Below are positions 61,384 through 64,000 of a DNA stretch of 64,000 nt, piece by piece; position 1 is the first letter of the stretch, and every line of letters begins with the position of its first letter. This DNA is from Zygnema circumcarinatum SAG 698-1b (taxonomy: Eukaryota; Plantae; Zygnematophyceae): NCBI GenBank assembly GCA_037447605.1, contig CM074806.1, forward strand, positions 2,170,001-2,234,000, given 5' to 3'. A program made the translations under genes and the position numbers. The notes under the pieces were generated by a model. The model was not told the origin of the DNA. It was given only the letters and a program-made list of their open reading frames with translations, and did no database searches.

Positions 61384-64000
61384 TCACTTGGACTCAGGCT
61401 TGCAGAGGGTGAACGAGTTTTCTTGTGGCGCTGATGTGCTGCTGCAGATCGTTTCTTGTGCCTGCTTGGACTCCGTGGAGTCCGATCTTCTGCCCTCCAA
61501 TGGTCATCCTCGTCTGAATTGACACTGGGACTGCGGGATTTTCTGCGATACAGAGATTGCTACGTCAATATTAACACTTTCAGGCATCGGATTTGCAATT
61601 GTTCATCCCCAACCCATCCAAATGACAGCATACCGCAAACCAAAAAAGTTAACCAAGGTTTCACCTATCACTACGATGCTTGCGTCGTCGTCTTTCCTTC
61701 CTCTTCTCTTCCTCTTCGTTTAGGTCCTCATCTTCCTCGTGCTTGCTGCGCTTCCGCTTCTCCTTCCTACGACGATCAGTCCCTTCATCTTCTTCATCCT
61801 CCTCCTCATCATCACGCTGAATCTTCTTCTTTTTCTCTTTCCTGTCCTTTCTAGGCCTCCCCTCCTCGTCTTCGTCCTCTCCTCTTCGGTGTTTATCCCT
61901 TCCACCTCTCCTTTTATCATCTCCTTCATCATCTGATCTGCGCTGCTTCTCTCGTTTATCCCTTTTCTTGACATAATCTTCATCCTCATCTTCAAATTTT
62001 GAATGCCTTTCCTTCTTTTCTTTCTGTCGCCTGTCATCTACATCCTCTACCTCATCAACACTCCTTCTTTGCCTATCTTTCTTCTCCTTCTTTCTGACAT
62101 CCTCAACCTCCTCGTCATCTTCAGATTCTGCCTTTCGAGTTTTCCGCTCCCTTCGTGGCTTCTCCTCTTCTTCATCCTCTGAGTTAGCTTTTCGGAGTTT
62201 CCTATCCTTTCTGCGTTTGTCCTCCCCTTCATCGTCTGACTCAGATTTTCTCGACTTCTTCTCTTTCTTTTCTTTATCCCAATCATTCTCCTCATCTTCA
62301 GTTCGACGGTGCCTTCTCCTTCGTCTGTCCTTCCTCTTTCGTTCTTCATCTTCATCATCTTCATCATCATCCTTATCTTTCCGATGCCGCCGTCGACTGC
62401 TCTTCCGACGCCGTTCCTTCCGTTTGCTTGGCTCCTCATCCTCGTCAACATCCTCTTCGTCTTCATCTCCATCCTCCTCTTGTCTTCTGTGCACGAGGCG
62501 AATGAGAGACATAGAATAAGTATAGATTTCCTTTTCAGGCATTTCCAGAACGCAGAGCTTCAGCAACCAGAATATACAGCTGAAGCGTCAACCTCTTCTT
62601 GAAAGATAATACTGAGCCAATGCCAATGGTTCCTTTCAGCTACCAGAGTGCAGATACCTAGAGCTAGGTTGAATCAAACAACACAAGACAGTAAACGAGA
62701 ATCCCATGCCAAATCCACAATCAAAACTCGCCAACAACAACAACAACAAGCCATGTTTGGCAATGTCGACAAACTCCAAACATAATTTGTTCAAACATTG
62801 ACAAAAGCAAACACATAACATTAGATTGGTCGTGAAAACAGAGCTCACCCATGACGCTTCTTCCGTTGCCTACTCTTCCTTTCTCGACGCTTTTCATGCT
62901 CAACATCATCTTGAGAATCGTCACTTTCTTCACTGTCTTTGCTTGTTGCTTTCTCCCTATTGCGTCGGGACTGCGGTTCAATGATCGCTTCAGAACCATC
63001 GTTCGTATACCCCCCCTTTTTTGCTACCCTCTCGTCATTTTTCTCTCTTTCGCTTTCTTCAAAACCCCTAAGCCTGTCTGTAGTTCTGCGCTCCTCATGA
63101 TCCTGCTCTGCACTCTCTGAATCTTCATCAGAAGTGTCCTTCTCACCTGCATTCCTATCCTCGTCTACCTCAGTCTTCCTTTCAGCCACTTTCCTTCCAA
63201 CCAGCTCATCATCCTCAAGCTTGTCTCCCAATTCTGGACTATCCAGGTCATCGTCATGTTTCTTCTTCAACTCCAGAGACCTATCTTCCTCGGCTCTTTT
63301 GAGATCATTAATCCTTCTCTCATTCGCTGCCCTCTCTACTTCCTTCTGGATTTGCTCCTTCTCCAACCTCTCCTTCTCCTTCAATTCCTGTTCTTCTCGT
63401 GCCCGTTCCCGCTCCCGCTCCTGTTCTTCCCGCTCTCTCTCCCGCTCTTCCCGCTTCCGCTCCTGTTCTTCCAATACTCGCTCCTCCAGCTCCCTCTTCT
63501 CCCTTTCCTTCCTCTCCCGCTCTGCCTTCTCTTTCAGCAACTTCTCTCTGAGCTCTTTCTCCCTCTGTTGGGCCTTCAGATCTTCTCTCCAATCATCCTC
63601 TTGCTCGTCATCCTCACTTTCTTCCTCAGTGTCATCCTTGCCATTTACACCCTTCTTCTCTTTGTTCAAATCTTTGCGTCTAATTCTGCGGCCTTTGTTT
63701 CCATCGTCATCATCATCAGCAACTTCGCTTCCGGAATGCTCGTTATCTTGATCTACCTTCGGGGCATGTGTGCTTCCCACTTCCTTCACTTTCCCATTCA
63801 GGATATCGTCACCGGCCAGATCCTTCTGGTAAGCGGACTCTTTCCCAGCATCAGAAGTATTGTCCTTCTCTGCTTCAGAATCAGACTCGCCCTTCTCTCG
63901 TACCTCAGGGCTTTCACTTTTGCTTGGGCTTGATCGAGACCTGGATCTGGATCCAGATCTCCTGCTTTTTTCCACATCGCCGTCCTTCTCGTCTGCTTCA
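61384..64000 (-). CDS. Arg/Ser/Glu/Asp/Lys-rich low-complexity protein (splicing-factor-like C-terminus), 5'-truncated
   Basis: Open exon >64000-62850 (RSGSRSRSRSSPS, ERERE runs) joins at phase 2 to ~62487-61665 (RHG|RQEEDGD). Last exon ~61550-61384 (KSRSPSVNSDED...SPSD*). No globular domain in the window. Confidence 0.75.

Noticed and set aside
61720-63933. Antisense and alternative-frame ORFs rich in Ser/Phe/Leu or Met/Lys
   Set aside because: Shadow ORFs of purine-rich low-complexity coding sequence.

Overview
Eukaryotic, intron-containing nuclear DNA from a streptophyte. An FtsZ3-like gene suggests a streptophyte alga or non-seed plant, but this is inference. Eleven protein genes were read by hand across GT-AG introns: type II metacaspase (3'-truncated), a roughly 2,000-aa F-box/LRR protein, WDR18/IPI3/RID3-like WD40, HSP101/ClpB, MEI2-like RRM protein, plastid FtsZ, plastid [2Fe-2S] ferredoxin, FAD4-like desaturase, a secreted SGNH/PC-esterase-like protein with apparently lost catalytic residues, CCB3 (YGGT) and CSA/ERCC8. 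An RS/acidic low-complexity gene runs off the right end. The non-coding DNA is the least explained part. It holds three dispersed arrays of nested AACCA/TGGTT palindromes, a ~1.1-1.3 kb inverted duplication lying 3' of two unrelated genes, and a 158-bp pre-miRNA/MITE-like foldback. It also holds G-quadruplex-type pentamer arrays, a telomere-like hexamer array, dense GTAC clusters at most promoters and a TIR-bounded intronic insertion. No rRNA, tRNA or CRISPR array was found. Exon boundaries and identities were judged by eye without database searches.
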